Source of the DNA: a virus
Lineage: Duplodnaviria > Caudoviricetes
DNA length: 37,580 nucleotides
Direction: 5' to 3' (one strand)
Virus record (IMG/VR): IMGVR_UViG_3300021560_000038
Location: 1-37,580 of that record
The notes beneath the pieces were generated by a model. That model was given only the letters and a program-made list of their open reading frames with translations. It made no database searches and had not been told where the DNA came from. The translations under genes and the position numbers were made by a program. The stretch's first letter is position 1, and the number at the start of each line of letters is the position of its first letter. Below are positions 26,263 to 34,878 of this stretch, piece by piece.

Positions 26263-27255
26263 TTAGAAGCCGCCGAATTGGCTTTGGGCCGGCCGGTCGG
26301 CTTTGGGATCGGCTTTGGGGTCGGCCTTGGGAAGGATTTCGGCGTCGAAGTCTTCGGGAACGACGGTGTAGCGGAGGGCGGCGAAAATGTGGCCGAGCCC
26401 GGTTTCGAGTGGGTAGCTGGGTTCGAGCCAGACGGAGTTTTTCGCGTTAACGTTGTCGATCGACTTCGTATGAATACGGTGGTTTTTGACGATCATGACG
26501 TCGTTGAATTTTTTGCCGATGTAGGGGCCGACCGCCTGGCCGATCACTGCCGGAAAGCCTTTGATTTCGAGGGGCTTGTCAGCGCGTAAGCGGGCCTCGC
26601 CGGACTGGGGGATGTCGTTCGACATATCGATCCGCTTGATGTGGCCGGTAGCGATCACGTTGCAGAGGACCGATGAGTGGGTCATTTTACTTATCGTTCT
26701 GACGATCATTTCTTGGGCGCCGCCGGTGTCGCGACCGTGATCGTCGATCAGGGCGCCGAGATGGCCGTTCATGTCCTGAACCCAATATTTGGCGATTTCC
26801 GCCAGGGACGACATCGTGTCGAAATCGAGTACGGTGTTGCTGTCCCAGTCGGTAAGGCCGCCCCAGTCTTTGCCGGTGTCGGGATCGACCCATCGCTTGA
26901 GTAGGCGGACGACTTGTGTCCAGGCAGCGGATGAAGTGGGCATGAGGATTTCCGTTGAGACGGTGCCCTTGCCGCGGCGGATTTGGAGGGGTTGCGGCTC
27001 GTAATCGACTTCGATGGGGATGAAGGAGATGTTTTCCTCGGGCTTGATGCCATGTTTCTTCATGTAGTTGGCGTAGGGATATTTGGGATTAGTTAACAAA
27101 CTGCGGAGGATTTTGAAGCCCTTGTCGGTGTCGATCATGAGAAGCTTGTAGCCGAGCGCGACGAGCGCCGCTTTGGCGCCGGTCTTGCCCTCGCCCTGGT
27201 CGCCGATCAGGAGAATTTTGCCGTTTTCATAAATGTTGGAGTAGAGGCTGGGCAT
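26263..27255 (-). CDS. AAA_24/Sak4-like P-loop ATPase (recombination/annealing)
   Basis: Walker A 'LLIGDQGEGKT', 'IDTDKG', Walker B-like 'VLDFDTMS' and 'NVIATGH'. Confidence 0.7.
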   Translation of the reverse strand: MPSLYSNIYENGKILLIGDQGEGKTGAKAALVALGYKLLMIDTDKGFKILRSLLTNPKYPYANYMKKHGIKPEENISFIPIEVDYEPQPLQIRRGKGTVSTEILMPTSSAAWTQVVRLLKRWVDPDTGKDWGGLTDWDSNTVLDFDTMSSLAEIAKYWVQDMNGHLGALIDDHGRDTGGAQEMIVRTISKMTHSSVLCNVIATGHIKRIDMSNDIPQSGEARLRADKPLEIKGFPAVIGQAVGPYIGKKFNDVMIVKNHRIHTKSIDNVNAKNSVWLEPSYPLETGLGHIFAALRYTVVPEDFDAEILPKADPKADPKADRPAQSQFGGF

Positions 27256-27274
27256 GAGTCGGAAGTCCTTCTGC

Positions 27275-27496
27275 TCAGGGGCTTTGGCGGCGAACGGCGC
27301 CGATGAGTCGGCTGGTGTAGGAGTGGAGTTGGGAGAGGTCGTCGAACCAGAAGGTTATGGTCGAGTTGCCGAATTCTTCGCCCTTGCGCTCGCGCAGGAC
27401 GGTAACGATGCCGTAGCGGCCGTCGCTGGCATGGATGATGTAGACGGCCTGGGAACTGCCGGGTAGGAGTTCGAATGAGTCGAATTCGAGGCGCAT
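27275..27496 (-). CDS. Hypothetical protein
   Basis: 73 aa with GAGG RBS. Fills the gap in the operon. Confidence 0.55.
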   Translation of the reverse strand: MRLEFDSFELLPGSSQAVYIIHASDGRYGIVTVLRERKGEEFGNSTITFWFDDLSQLHSYTSRLIGAVRRQSP

Positions 27497-27523
27497 AGTT
27501 CTTCCTCTAGAGTCTAGAGATTG

Positions 27524-28645
27524 CTATCTTGGGATGAGGGGGTCCCATTTGCGGACGGAATAGAAGCTGCTGAGGATTTCGTCGCGCATGGAAGGGGCCG
27601 CCGTACAGACGGGGCGAAATTCGCACGACATGTAGCCGAAGCCGCAGGCCGCGTCGTTCATCGGCCAATGATCCTCGTAAACGCACGCTTCGAGATCGGA
27701 GAGGTAGCGCTTGAAGTCGCGGAGCCATTCTTCGAAATGATCGGGGGTGCGGTCGATTTGGCGCCGACGGAAGCGAGTTCCGTTGACGAGGACTTGCCCT
27801 GCGTCGATTATGAAGCCGCCAACGGGTTCGCCGTCGCCGAAGATGATTTGGGCAGCGAGGGAATAGAGGCTGACTTGGATGTCGGGCGAGAACTGAGAGA
27901 AGTAGCGATCGTCGAGGGGATATTTGGTGGTTTTTTTGTCGAGGACGAAAATTTCGCCGTTGAAACGCACGACGCGGTCCATGTGTCCGCAGAGGAGGTA
28001 TTCTTCGCCGGTAGGTGCGAGGAGTTCGTGGCCGAGTTCCGAGAGGGAGAAGCGGAAGCTAAGTTCGACGGCGGGCTTGCCGCTCGCGAGCGCGAGGGTT
28101 TCGAGCGTCTCGTCCTTGAAGAAGTCGAGATACCAGATGGTGGTTCGCAGGAGGGTCTTGAGCGTTTTGGTTGGCTCGGTGGAAATCCAGGGGCGCTTAT
28201 TCAGGTGGTCGTAGGAATAGTAGGTCAGGAATCGGAGGACGACTAGTAGGTTGGGGTCGTGATCGAGGCCGCGAAAGCGGGAGGCGCGCAGGACGGTCGG
28301 ACTTACGCCGGCCCTCCTGAGTTGGCGGTAGAGGCGCCAGTCCCAATTGCCGATCTTTAGCTTGGTGTAGAGTTCGGTGGCGGCGTGGAAGAGGTGCCCG
28401 AAGAAGATGTGGGGGTTCGTCCCGCCGTCGCCGAGTTGCCGGCCGTCGATGATTTTGTATTTGTAATAGCGCCAGCACTTTTTTCCCGCCTTGATCGAGG
28501 TCGAATCGTGGGCGATTTGTAGCGTGGGGAAGATCGGGCTGAAGCTGGAATTGGGCGCCGGACGGTCGGCGTAGAAGGCGCCGCCGGCGTTGAGATTGGT
28601 TTCGGCTTCGACCGCGTCGACTAAGTCGAGAAGGGATATTGACAT
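27524..28645 (-). CDS. PD-(D/E)XK exonuclease (RecB/AddB/Cas4-like)
   Basis: 'CWRYY', 'FGHLFH', 'VELSF', 'GHMDRVV...VLDKKTT', 'QVSLY' and C-terminal 'C...CEFRPVC' Fe-S-type cysteines. Confidence 0.85.
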   Translation of the reverse strand: MSISLLDLVDAVEAETNLNAGGAFYADRPAPNSSFSPIFPTLQIAHDSTSIKAGKKCWRYYKYKIIDGRQLGDGGTNPHIFFGHLFHAATELYTKLKIGNWDWRLYRQLRRAGVSPTVLRASRFRGLDHDPNLLVVLRFLTYYSYDHLNKRPWISTEPTKTLKTLLRTTIWYLDFFKDETLETLALASGKPAVELSFRFSLSELGHELLAPTGEEYLLCGHMDRVVRFNGEIFVLDKKTTKYPLDDRYFSQFSPDIQVSLYSLAAQIIFGDGEPVGGFIIDAGQVLVNGTRFRRRQIDRTPDHFEEWLRDFKRYLSDLEACVYEDHWPMNDAACGFGYMSCEFRPVCTAAPSMRDEILSSFYSVRKWDPLIPR

Positions 28646-28684
28646 GGGGAGAATTCCTGAGGTCTTGGGTCTTGGGTCTTGGGT

Positions 28685-28975
28685 TTAGAATTCGGGGATT
28701 TCGACGTCGATGACTTGAGCTTGTGGCTTGCGGCGGCGCGTGGTTTTTATTTGTTGCTCTTCTTGCGCCCAGCGGAAGGCTTGCGCGCGAAAGACGTTGA
28801 CGGCCAGTTCGAGGTCCGCGTCGGTGACGCGCTCGGGCATGCCGTCGGCCATGTGCTGGTTGATCCGGTCGAGGAGTTCGTCCACGGAGTCGGGAGTGGC
28901 CTCGCTGAGGGGCGAGTCGGTTTCGAGGAGTTCGAGCGCACCTTTGAGCGCGCCGGTTAGATTGGGGTCGGGCAT
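28685..28975 (-). CDS. Hypothetical protein ending in ...VIDVEIPEF
   Basis: 96 aa with GGGAG RBS. Confidence 0.65.
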   Translation of the reverse strand: MPDPNLTGALKGALELLETDSPLSEATPDSVDELLDRINQHMADGMPERVTDADLELAVNVFRAQAFRWAQEEQQIKTTRRRKPQAQVIDVEIPEF

Positions 28976-29011
28976 CGGAATTCTCTCCCGTCTGGGGATG
29001 TAGGGTCTAAC

Positions 29012-29278
29012 CTAGGCGGTTCGGCGGTCGGGGAGCGTCAGCATGGGCGAAGATGAGTTGTCTTCGAAGCTGTGCCCGCGAAGTTCGATGGCGCGCCAGT
29101 AGTCGTGTAGGTTGAGGAGTTCCTGACGGACGCGGGCAATGCGGGCGGCCTCGGCGGCGTTCGGGCGCATTTGCTTGAGGATTTGGTCGAGATGATCGAG
29201 GCGCCGCGTGAGGTCGGATAGGAACTCGTCACGGAGTTCGTGAACGGAGCGGGCGTGAGAAACGTAGTGGCCGGGCAT
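29012..29278 (-). CDS. Hypothetical helical protein
   Basis: 88 aa with AGGAG RBS. Confidence 0.6.
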   Translation of the reverse strand: MPGHYVSHARSVHELRDEFLSDLTRRLDHLDQILKQMRPNAAEAARIARVRQELLNLHDYWRAIELRGHSFEDNSSSPMLTLPDRRTA

Positions 29279-29298
29279 GGGAGGGTCTCCTTGGGTTT

Positions 29299-29907
29299 TT
29301 ATTCAACGACTGCGATGAAGCGCAGGATGTTGTCAGGGCCGCGCTCAAGTCGGAAGGGTGAAGTCTCCTCGATGGCGCGAATGCTTTCGAGGACGATCTT
29401 GAGGTGCGAGGCGGCCGAGATTGGCGGAAAGACCGCTGGAGGTTTTGGCTCGGGGAGGGACTTGGGCTTAGGTTCGGGGTTCTCGCCTCGTGTCTTGTCC
29501 TGAGTCTCGCCCTGCGCCCTTCTGTCGTCGTTCTCGACGATGGCGATGTAGCGAAGGTCGGTAAAGCCGCCGGGGGCGATGCTGACTGGGTTATTGAAGC
29601 TGTCGGGCCAGAGACTGGTGTCGAAACGGCGGATGGAGAAGACTAGCCAGCCGCGATTGGTGCCGGTGGTTTGGACTCGGGTCTGCCAGAGATCATCCTT
29701 TCGCGACTCGCGAAAGGAGACTGTGGTCGAGGTTAATTCGGTTATGGTGAAGCGGAGGTGGGAGACTGAGTCGGGATCGGTGAACTTGAAGCGAATGGTT
29801 CGGTTGTGGGAACTGTAGCTGAAGGCGATGATGCGGGGGCGAGGCGGCGACGCTGGCGGAACCGGGATTGAGTCGGCGCCTTTGAGGTCGAGAGTTGGAT
29901 TGGTCAT
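29299..29907 (-). CDS. Hypothetical protein
   Basis: 202 aa with AAGGA RBS, co-oriented in the early-gene cluster. Confidence 0.6.
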   Translation of the reverse strand: MTNPTLDLKGADSIPVPPASPPRPRIIAFSYSSHNRTIRFKFTDPDSVSHLRFTITELTSTTVSFRESRKDDLWQTRVQTTGTNRGWLVFSIRRFDTSLWPDSFNNPVSIAPGGFTDLRYIAIVENDDRRAQGETQDKTRGENPEPKPKSLPEPKPPAVFPPISAASHLKIVLESIRAIEETSPFRLERGPDNILRFIAVVE

Positions 29908-29911
29908 TGGT

Positions 29912-30223
29912 TTAGTCCTTCTTTGGGGTTTTCACCCATTGGCGCTCGTAGCCGAGGGCGTGGGCCACCCAGGTCAGGGTGAAGTTCTGAGGGCGGCGGG
30001 TCTTGCCGTTCAACCAGTTGTTTATCGTTGACGGACTTATGGTGATGCTTTTGTTCGAGACGTCGAGGATGCGTTGGGTTATCTCGTCGACGTGGAGGCC
30101 GGATTTCTCGATGATGTCGCAGAGCCATTCCATGTCGGGATCGCGATCGGTGAAGCGGTAGCCGCGGTCACGGCGGAGATGGGCGAGGTTGTTGGCTTTG
30201 GCGACAGTCTTGGTTTGTAGCAT
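29912..30223 (-). CDS. XRE/Cro-like helix-turn-helix DNA-binding protein
   Basis: HTH pattern 'ISPSTINNWLNGKTRRPQNFTLTWVAHALG'. GGAG RBS. Confidence 0.7.
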   Translation of the reverse strand: MLQTKTVAKANNLAHLRRDRGYRFTDRDPDMEWLCDIIEKSGLHVDEITQRILDVSNKSITISPSTINNWLNGKTRRPQNFTLTWVAHALGYERQWVKTPKKD

Positions 30224-30266
30224 TGAGGGTACTCCATTGGATTTTTCCGCTGGATTTGGCTGAGCC

Positions 30267-30467
30267 TTATCTTGTGGTGATTTTGTCGATGGCGTCGCGT
30301 TCGGCCGCGCGCATGCGAACGACGTACGAGTGGAGGATTTCGCGGATGAGTCCGTTGAGGCCGAGCGAGGCGCCGGACGCGGCCAGTTCGCGGATCACTT
30401 CTAGGTCATCGGCCCGGAGCCGGACGCAGATGCGTTCGAGAGTTATGGCGTCGGATGTTTCAGCCAT
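30267..30467 (-). CDS. Ribbon-helix-helix (CopG/Arc-like) protein
   Basis: 'ERICVRLRADDLEVIRELA...GLNGLIREILHSYV' fits a beta-helix-helix pattern. Confidence 0.6.
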   Translation of the reverse strand: MAETSDAITLERICVRLRADDLEVIRELAASGASLGLNGLIREILHSYVVRMRAAERDAIDKITTR

Positions 30468-30747
30468 CGGACGGCTCCATCAGTTCCGCCGGTGCCTTGT
30501 CCAACTCTTTCGTGTTGATGATCCAGAGCCGATTGTCGGGATCGGTAGGGTGGAAGTCGATCTTGAGGTTGTCGAAGTCGTGATTTTCGCGCTTGAAGCG
30601 GTAGAGGACTTGCTTCGCCCGCGATGAGGGGGCGATCATGTTAAGGTCGGGGGCAGTGCAGTGGATTTGGATGCCGTAGCGCGACAGGGCGGCGGCGGTT
30701 AGAATCCGTCGGGCGTTTTCGGCGAGTAGGGAGAAGTTGTCCGTCAT
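30460..30747 (-). CDS. Hypothetical protein
   Basis: 95 aa, overlap-coupled to both neighbours. Confidence 0.6.
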   Translation of the reverse strand: MTDNFSLLAENARRILTAAALSRYGIQIHCTAPDLNMIAPSSRAKQVLYRFKRENHDFDNLKIDFHPTDPDNRLWIINTKELDKAPAELMEPSDG

Positions 30748-31073
30748 GGGGGAAGATCCTCGTTGAGGTCTGTTGCGGGAATTTCCGGGGGAATTTCTTC
30801 GGGAATTTCGATTTCGATGACGCGCCCAACGTCGATCTTGACCCCGATTGCGCGGAGGTATTCCGACCGAGCGTCGGTCTTGGCCTCGACGCGCTGACGG
30901 GCGCGGTCGATGATTGACGGGTCGATCGCCAACAGGTGGGTGATGTGGATGTCGAGTGCGTAATCTTTCGGCAGGGGGAGGTTTTTCTCTTCGAGACGTG
31001 TTTCGATGATTTCCCTGGCGAGGGAACGAGCTTCGCGGTCGACTAGTGTGTCGAATGTCACGCGCTTAGGCAT
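30744..31073 (-). CDS. Hypothetical protein with C-terminal VIEIEIP motif
   Basis: 109 aa, coupled to neighbours. Confidence 0.65.
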   Translation of the reverse strand: MPKRVTFDTLVDREARSLAREIIETRLEEKNLPLPKDYALDIHITHLLAIDPSIIDRARQRVEAKTDARSEYLRAIGVKIDVGRVIEIEIPEEIPPEIPATDLNEDLPP

Positions 31074-31485
31074 AAGGTTCGCCTTTCGAGGGAGGAGGGG
31101 GAGCGTCGGGAGGATCGTCTAGGGGAATTTCTATTTCGATGGCTTGGGCTTTGGCAGGTCTCGTTGGCTTGGATTGTTGGGGTTGGTGGAGCTTTTTGAT
31201 GTCGTGGGCGAGGTCGCGCACTGAAGGTTCGCCGTAGAAGGCGGCCTCGGCGCGCCGGCTATGGGCCGAGAGTTCGAACTGGTAGGCGCTACTCCAGGCT
31301 TGCAGTTCGGCCACGGTCGGCACCTCGTCGAGAATTTGGCGCAGGTTGAATTGGCGATCGAAGACGGCGAGTCGGCCAGAGCGAAGAGGGATGAGGACGA
31401 TCGCCTTGGTCGTATATTTGATTGAGAGGGCTTCTTGTGAGTCGGGATTGATGGCGGGGTCGAGGAAGGGGTCATCGAGGTTCAT
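31066..31485 (-). CDS. Hypothetical protein with C-terminal AIEIEIP motif
   Basis: 139 aa, coupled to neighbours. Confidence 0.65.
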   Translation of the reverse strand: MNLDDPFLDPAINPDSQEALSIKYTTKAIVLIPLRSGRLAVFDRQFNLRQILDEVPTVAELQAWSSAYQFELSAHSRRAEAAFYGEPSVRDLAHDIKKLHQPQQSKPTRPAKAQAIEIEIPLDDPPDAPPPPSKGEPYA

Positions 31486-31714
31486 CGGGAGGCTTTCCGT
31501 CGGTGAGAGGTCGAGGTCGGAAGCTGCTTCGATTATGAAAGCTCTTACATCTGAAGCAGTAGAGATACCTGACGTCGCCGGTGTTGTGGCTGACGGTTTG
31601 GCAAACGAGGCAAGTTATCGACTCGCCGTCGGCGGAAAGTTCGTAAGTGGGGATTAGTTCTGAGTTGGTCATCTTGGGGTTGGTTGAGTTGGTTGGGTCG
31701 GTTGGATGAGTCAT
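31472..31714 (-). CDS. Small zinc-finger-like protein
   Basis: 'ITCLVC...SHN..D...YCFRCKSFH'. Start is either 31714 (near-leaderless) or 31672. Confidence 0.55.
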   Translation of the reverse strand: MTHPTDPTNSTNPKMTNSELIPTYELSADGESITCLVCQTVSHNTGDVRYLYCFRCKSFHNRSSFRPRPLTDGKPPDEPR

Positions 31715-31723
31715 TAGGGTGGT

Positions 31724-31752
31724 ATTGTAGCATGGGGGGCGGGCGAGGGCAA
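31724..31752 (-). promoter_or_regulatory. Sigma70-type promoter with extended -10
   Basis: Minus strand reads TTGCCC-N17-TACAAT, with TG one base upstream of the -10 box. Lies in an intergenic gap and faces the regulatory/replication genes. Confidence 0.65.
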
Positions 31753-31835
31753 GCGGAAAAGGGAAGGCATACATGGAACCCGGTTCCAGAGGCATACCTC
31801 CCCTCCCCCATCTCGACCTTAGCTATCGACCTCCC

Positions 31836-32141
31836 CTACCGACCCTCGCCTTCGCCTTCCTCTTCGGGTTCTTCGGGATTGTATTCGGGTTCGGTAGGTT
31901 CGGGGTGATGGTCCTCGTCGTCATTCGCCATAACGAAGACGTTGTCGATCTCGACGTTGTCGTCTTCGACGGTCCAGTTGATTGAGTCGGGATCGAAGGT
32001 GGTGATTTTGCCGGGTTCGCCGGCGATGAGATGTGACATGTCCCGCATGGCGAGTTCCTCGGCGTGCGCGTCGGACTCGGCCTCGATGAGGATTTTTGTC
32101 GTGTGGGACTGGTAGCGGGTCAATTCGACTTCGTAGTTCAT
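31836..32141 (-). CDS. Hypothetical acidic protein
   Basis: 101 aa with an acidic tail, ATGA-coupled to the upstream gene. Confidence 0.65.
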   Translation of the reverse strand: MNYEVELTRYQSHTTKILIEAESDAHAEELAMRDMSHLIAGEPGKITTFDPDSINWTVEDDNVEIDNVFVMANDDEDHHPEPTEPEYNPEEPEEEGEGEGR

Positions 32142-32443
32142 GGGAGCGCTTCCTTGGGCTTGATGTAGATTTCTTCGGCGATGCTGGAGACGTGGCGGAA
32201 AATGCCGCGCGCCCGTGGGTAGAGGCCGTTGTAGTCCGCGTCAGGGTAGTTCTCGCCGAGGGAGGAGATGACGGCCTCTTTGTAGGAGGAAAAGACCGAG
32301 CCGCCAGCCCGCAAGATTTCCGGCACTTGCCGGCCGTTTATCGAGCGGACTTCGGTCGCCCAGCGGAAGAAATGTTTTTGGGAGGTTGTGAAGCCGCTGT
32401 GGCGGACGAGGGTGTAGCAGATAGAGTCGGATGAAAGGTTCAT
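32138..32443 (-). CDS. Hypothetical protein
   Basis: 101 aa with GGAG RBS. Confidence 0.6.
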   Translation of the reverse strand: MNLSSDSICYTLVRHSGFTTSQKHFFRWATEVRSINGRQVPEILRAGGSVFSSYKEAVISSLGENYPDADYNGLYPRARGIFRHVSSIAEEIYIKPKEALP

Positions 32444-32444
32444 T

Positions 32445-33020
32445 CTAGGCTCCGCTGACGATTTCCAGGTTGGGCTTTGCGTTTTCGGCTTTGAGTTCGT
32501 CTTGACGGGCTTTGGCCTTGTCGCGCGCCCCGTCGATATCGTTCTTGAGTCTTTCGATGTGCTTGCCGTAGTTGTCGGCGCTGAGGCGCCCGTAGGCGCG
32601 ATGGATTGGGATGTTGACGGGTTTCAATTCAGCCTCGATTTCTTTTAGGCGAGAGAATAGGGACTTTTGTTCGGCAAGGCGCGACCTGATCCACTGGAAT
32701 GCGGGATAGAGATTGCCGCCGACGGGCAAAGTCGCTGTGCTGTCGCCGTATTCGCCGCGGGCCTTGCCGTTCTGTCGGTTGATGCCGGTTAGGGTGAAGT
32801 CGCGGCCGGTTTCGTCGATGAGCCTTTCGGTTAGGGTGATGGGATTGAGTCGGATGCGCTCGGCAATGCGCTTGTCGATTTCTTCGCGCGCCGCTTTTGC
32901 CGACTCGAAGATGGTGTGGGACTCGGAGTCGTTGAACTCTGGCCCGATGACGGTGAATTGCCAGTTATCGTTGATGACGACTTGGTGATTGTGATAGTCT
33001 CTGGGTTCGTCGATACTCAT
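32445..33020 (-). CDS. Hypothetical protein
   Basis: True start is probably MSIDEP at 33020 (GGAG RBS). The longer ORF call runs into the satellite array. Confidence 0.65.
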   Translation of the reverse strand: MSIDEPRDYHNHQVVINDNWQFTVIGPEFNDSESHTIFESAKAAREEIDKRIAERIRLNPITLTERLIDETGRDFTLTGINRQNGKARGEYGDSTATLPVGGNLYPAFQWIRSRLAEQKSLFSRLKEIEAELKPVNIPIHRAYGRLSADNYGKHIERLKNDIDGARDKAKARQDELKAENAKPNLEIVSGA

Positions 33021-33059
33021 TTCTGAACTCCGTGGGGTTAGGTTAGGTAGGTGGGTGAA

Positions 33060-33177
33060 TGAGTCGCTCGTCGCTATCGGTCCTCTCACGTACTTCGGCT
33101 CGCTCATGTCACGCGGTACTCTTTCCGTCCTCGGCTCGCTCCAGCAGCTCGGTACTCTCACGCTTTTCGGCTCAGCT
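33060..33177 (-). repeat. Satellite TIGR-like array, 3 units of 36 nt
   Basis: Plus strand reads tgagtcgctc-N8-cggtcctctc-N8-cggctcgctc-N8-cggtactctt-N8-cggctcgctc-N8-cggtactctc-N8-cggctcagct. Confidence 0.85.
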
Positions 33178-33186
33178 TCGGCCTTG

Positions 33187-33417
33187 CTAGACGATCGCCT
33201 TCGCGTTAGGGACTTTCGCCGTCTTGTTCGCCAAGTAGTCGCTGTACTTGGCGCTGAGTTCCTCGTCGGTTAGGGATCGCGCATCGACGTGGATGAATTC
33301 GAGGAAGTCTTGGGCGTCTTCGAAGCTGGCGAAGACGGGACCGAAGGCCCACATGGTGGTTGAGCAGTAGAGGACCGCGCTGTCGCCGTCCAGGTCTATG
33401 AGAATTCTTACGCTCAT
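33187..33417 (-). CDS. Small hypothetical protein between the two arrays
   Basis: 76 aa starting MSVRILIDLDGDSAVLYC, with AGGAG RBS. Confidence 0.7.
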   Translation of the reverse strand: MSVRILIDLDGDSAVLYCSTTMWAFGPVFASFEDAQDFLEFIHVDARSLTDEELSAKYSDYLANKTAKVPNAKAIV

Positions 33418-33479
33418 GGTCTTGGTTCTCCTTCTGGTGCAGAGGATTTTGTCGAGGGTTTTGTCTTGCGTTGCACCCA

Positions 33480-33521
33480 ATAGCCGACGAAATGTTTCTG
33501 GTTGGTTGTTTCGTCGGCTAT
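33480..33521 (-). other. 13-bp perfect hairpin at the 3' end of the main array
   Basis: ATAGCCGACGAAA-N16-TTTCGTCGGCTAT. Confidence 0.7.
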
Positions 33522-33539
33522 AAGCTGCTTTCGCCAGGT

Positions 33540-34878
33540 CGGCGCTCGATCGTATCGGCACTCTCTTCGCCAGCGGCTCACTCACAACTGCCGGTACTCT
33601 CGTCACTCACGGCTGCGCTCTCTATGTACGGTGCTCTCTGAGGATTCGGCTCACTCCTGTCTTGCGGCACTCTCGTCTATCACGGTTCGCTCAGGCGTTA
33701 CGGTACTCTCCCATCTGACGGCTGGTTCGGCTGGTTCACTCTCCATTCACGGTACTCTCGGTTATCGCGGGTCGCTCTGTCGCAACGGTGCTCTCCTTGT
33801 CCGCGGCTCGCTCAAGACCTTCGGTCCTCTCCGTCTTGTCGGCTCGCTCATTCCCAACGGTGCTCTCTCTATCATCGGCTACGCGCGCTCGTCGTTCACG
33901 GTCCTCTCTGGCTGACCGGCTGCGCTCGTCGCTTATCGGTACTCTCCACTCTTCCGGCTGGTGGGCGATGATGGGCGTTCTCAGACTTCGGTACTCTCGC
34001 TTGTCTCGACTTAATTCGCTCCTCAATCACGGTTCTCTCTGTCCCGCCGGCTCGCTCGGCATAGTCGGTACTCTCATCGTCGACGGCTGGAGGCGCTCAG
34101 GACCTACGGTGCTCTCATTTCCTCCGGCTGGAAGGTTCGCCACTCGTCGTTCGTCACTCTCCAGATGCGGTGCTCTCGTCGTCTTCGGTTCGCTCTCGCC
34201 CGGAAGGGGACGCTCTCGTTGTACGGTACTCTCGGTACAACCGGCTGACGCTCGCCGCATTTGGTACTCTCGCCGATTTCGACTCACTCCTTGAACACGG
34301 TACTCTCTTCATGCACGGTTGAAACGCTCAACTGTCACGGTACTCTCATGGGACGCGGCTCGCTCATCATGCTAGGTACTCTCGTTGATCTCGGCTCACT
34401 CTGCAAGCTCGGTACTCTCAATGACCTCGGTTCACTCATTCTTTACGGTACTCTCGTCACTCACGGTTCACTCTGGTTGGCCGGTACTCTCTGCGGACGC
34501 GGTTCGCTCATTATACGCGGTTCTCTCACCGATGGCGGCTGACGCTCATTATACTCGGTACTCTCGTCGATCGTGGCTCGCTCAGTAGTTCCGGTGCTCT
34601 CGCTCATCTCGACTCGCTCATTCCTTACGGCACTCTCGCATCTTGCGGCTCGCTCTGCTCTCCCGGTACTCTCCATGAGCCGGCTCGCTCTCTTCTGACG
34701 GTACTCTCGTCGCTTGTGGCTGTCGCTCCTTCGCTCTGATACCACGGTACTCTTCCATGCCCCGGCTCACTCATATCTTGCGGTACTCTCGCCACTCCCG
34801 GTTTTGGCGCTCAAGCTCTCCGGTACTCTCTCGACACTCGGCTCGCTCATCATGTACGGTGCTCTCGTCCGTTGCGGC
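33540..34878 (-). ncRNA. TIGR (tandem interspaced guide RNA)-like dual-repeat array, ~34 units, predicted ~36-nt guide RNAs
   Basis: Alternating minus-strand repeats GAGAGTACCG (fixed length) and GAGCGAGCCG (length-variable), each followed by an 8-nt variable spacer, giving a 36-nt period. Begins immediately after the stop codon of the Nop-like gene. Confidence 0.88.

Noticed and set aside
27524-28645. Cas4-like nuclease as the spacer-acquisition enzyme for the array
   Set aside because: It sits in the ordinary phage nuclease + AAA ATPase + SSB recombination module more than 4 kb away. Nothing in the sequence links it to the array.
33540-34878. CRISPR array
   Set aside because: The repeats are two alternating 10-mers with 8-nt spacers, not 23-50-nt repeats with ~30-nt spacers. 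No cas1, cas2 or effector genes are present in the window.
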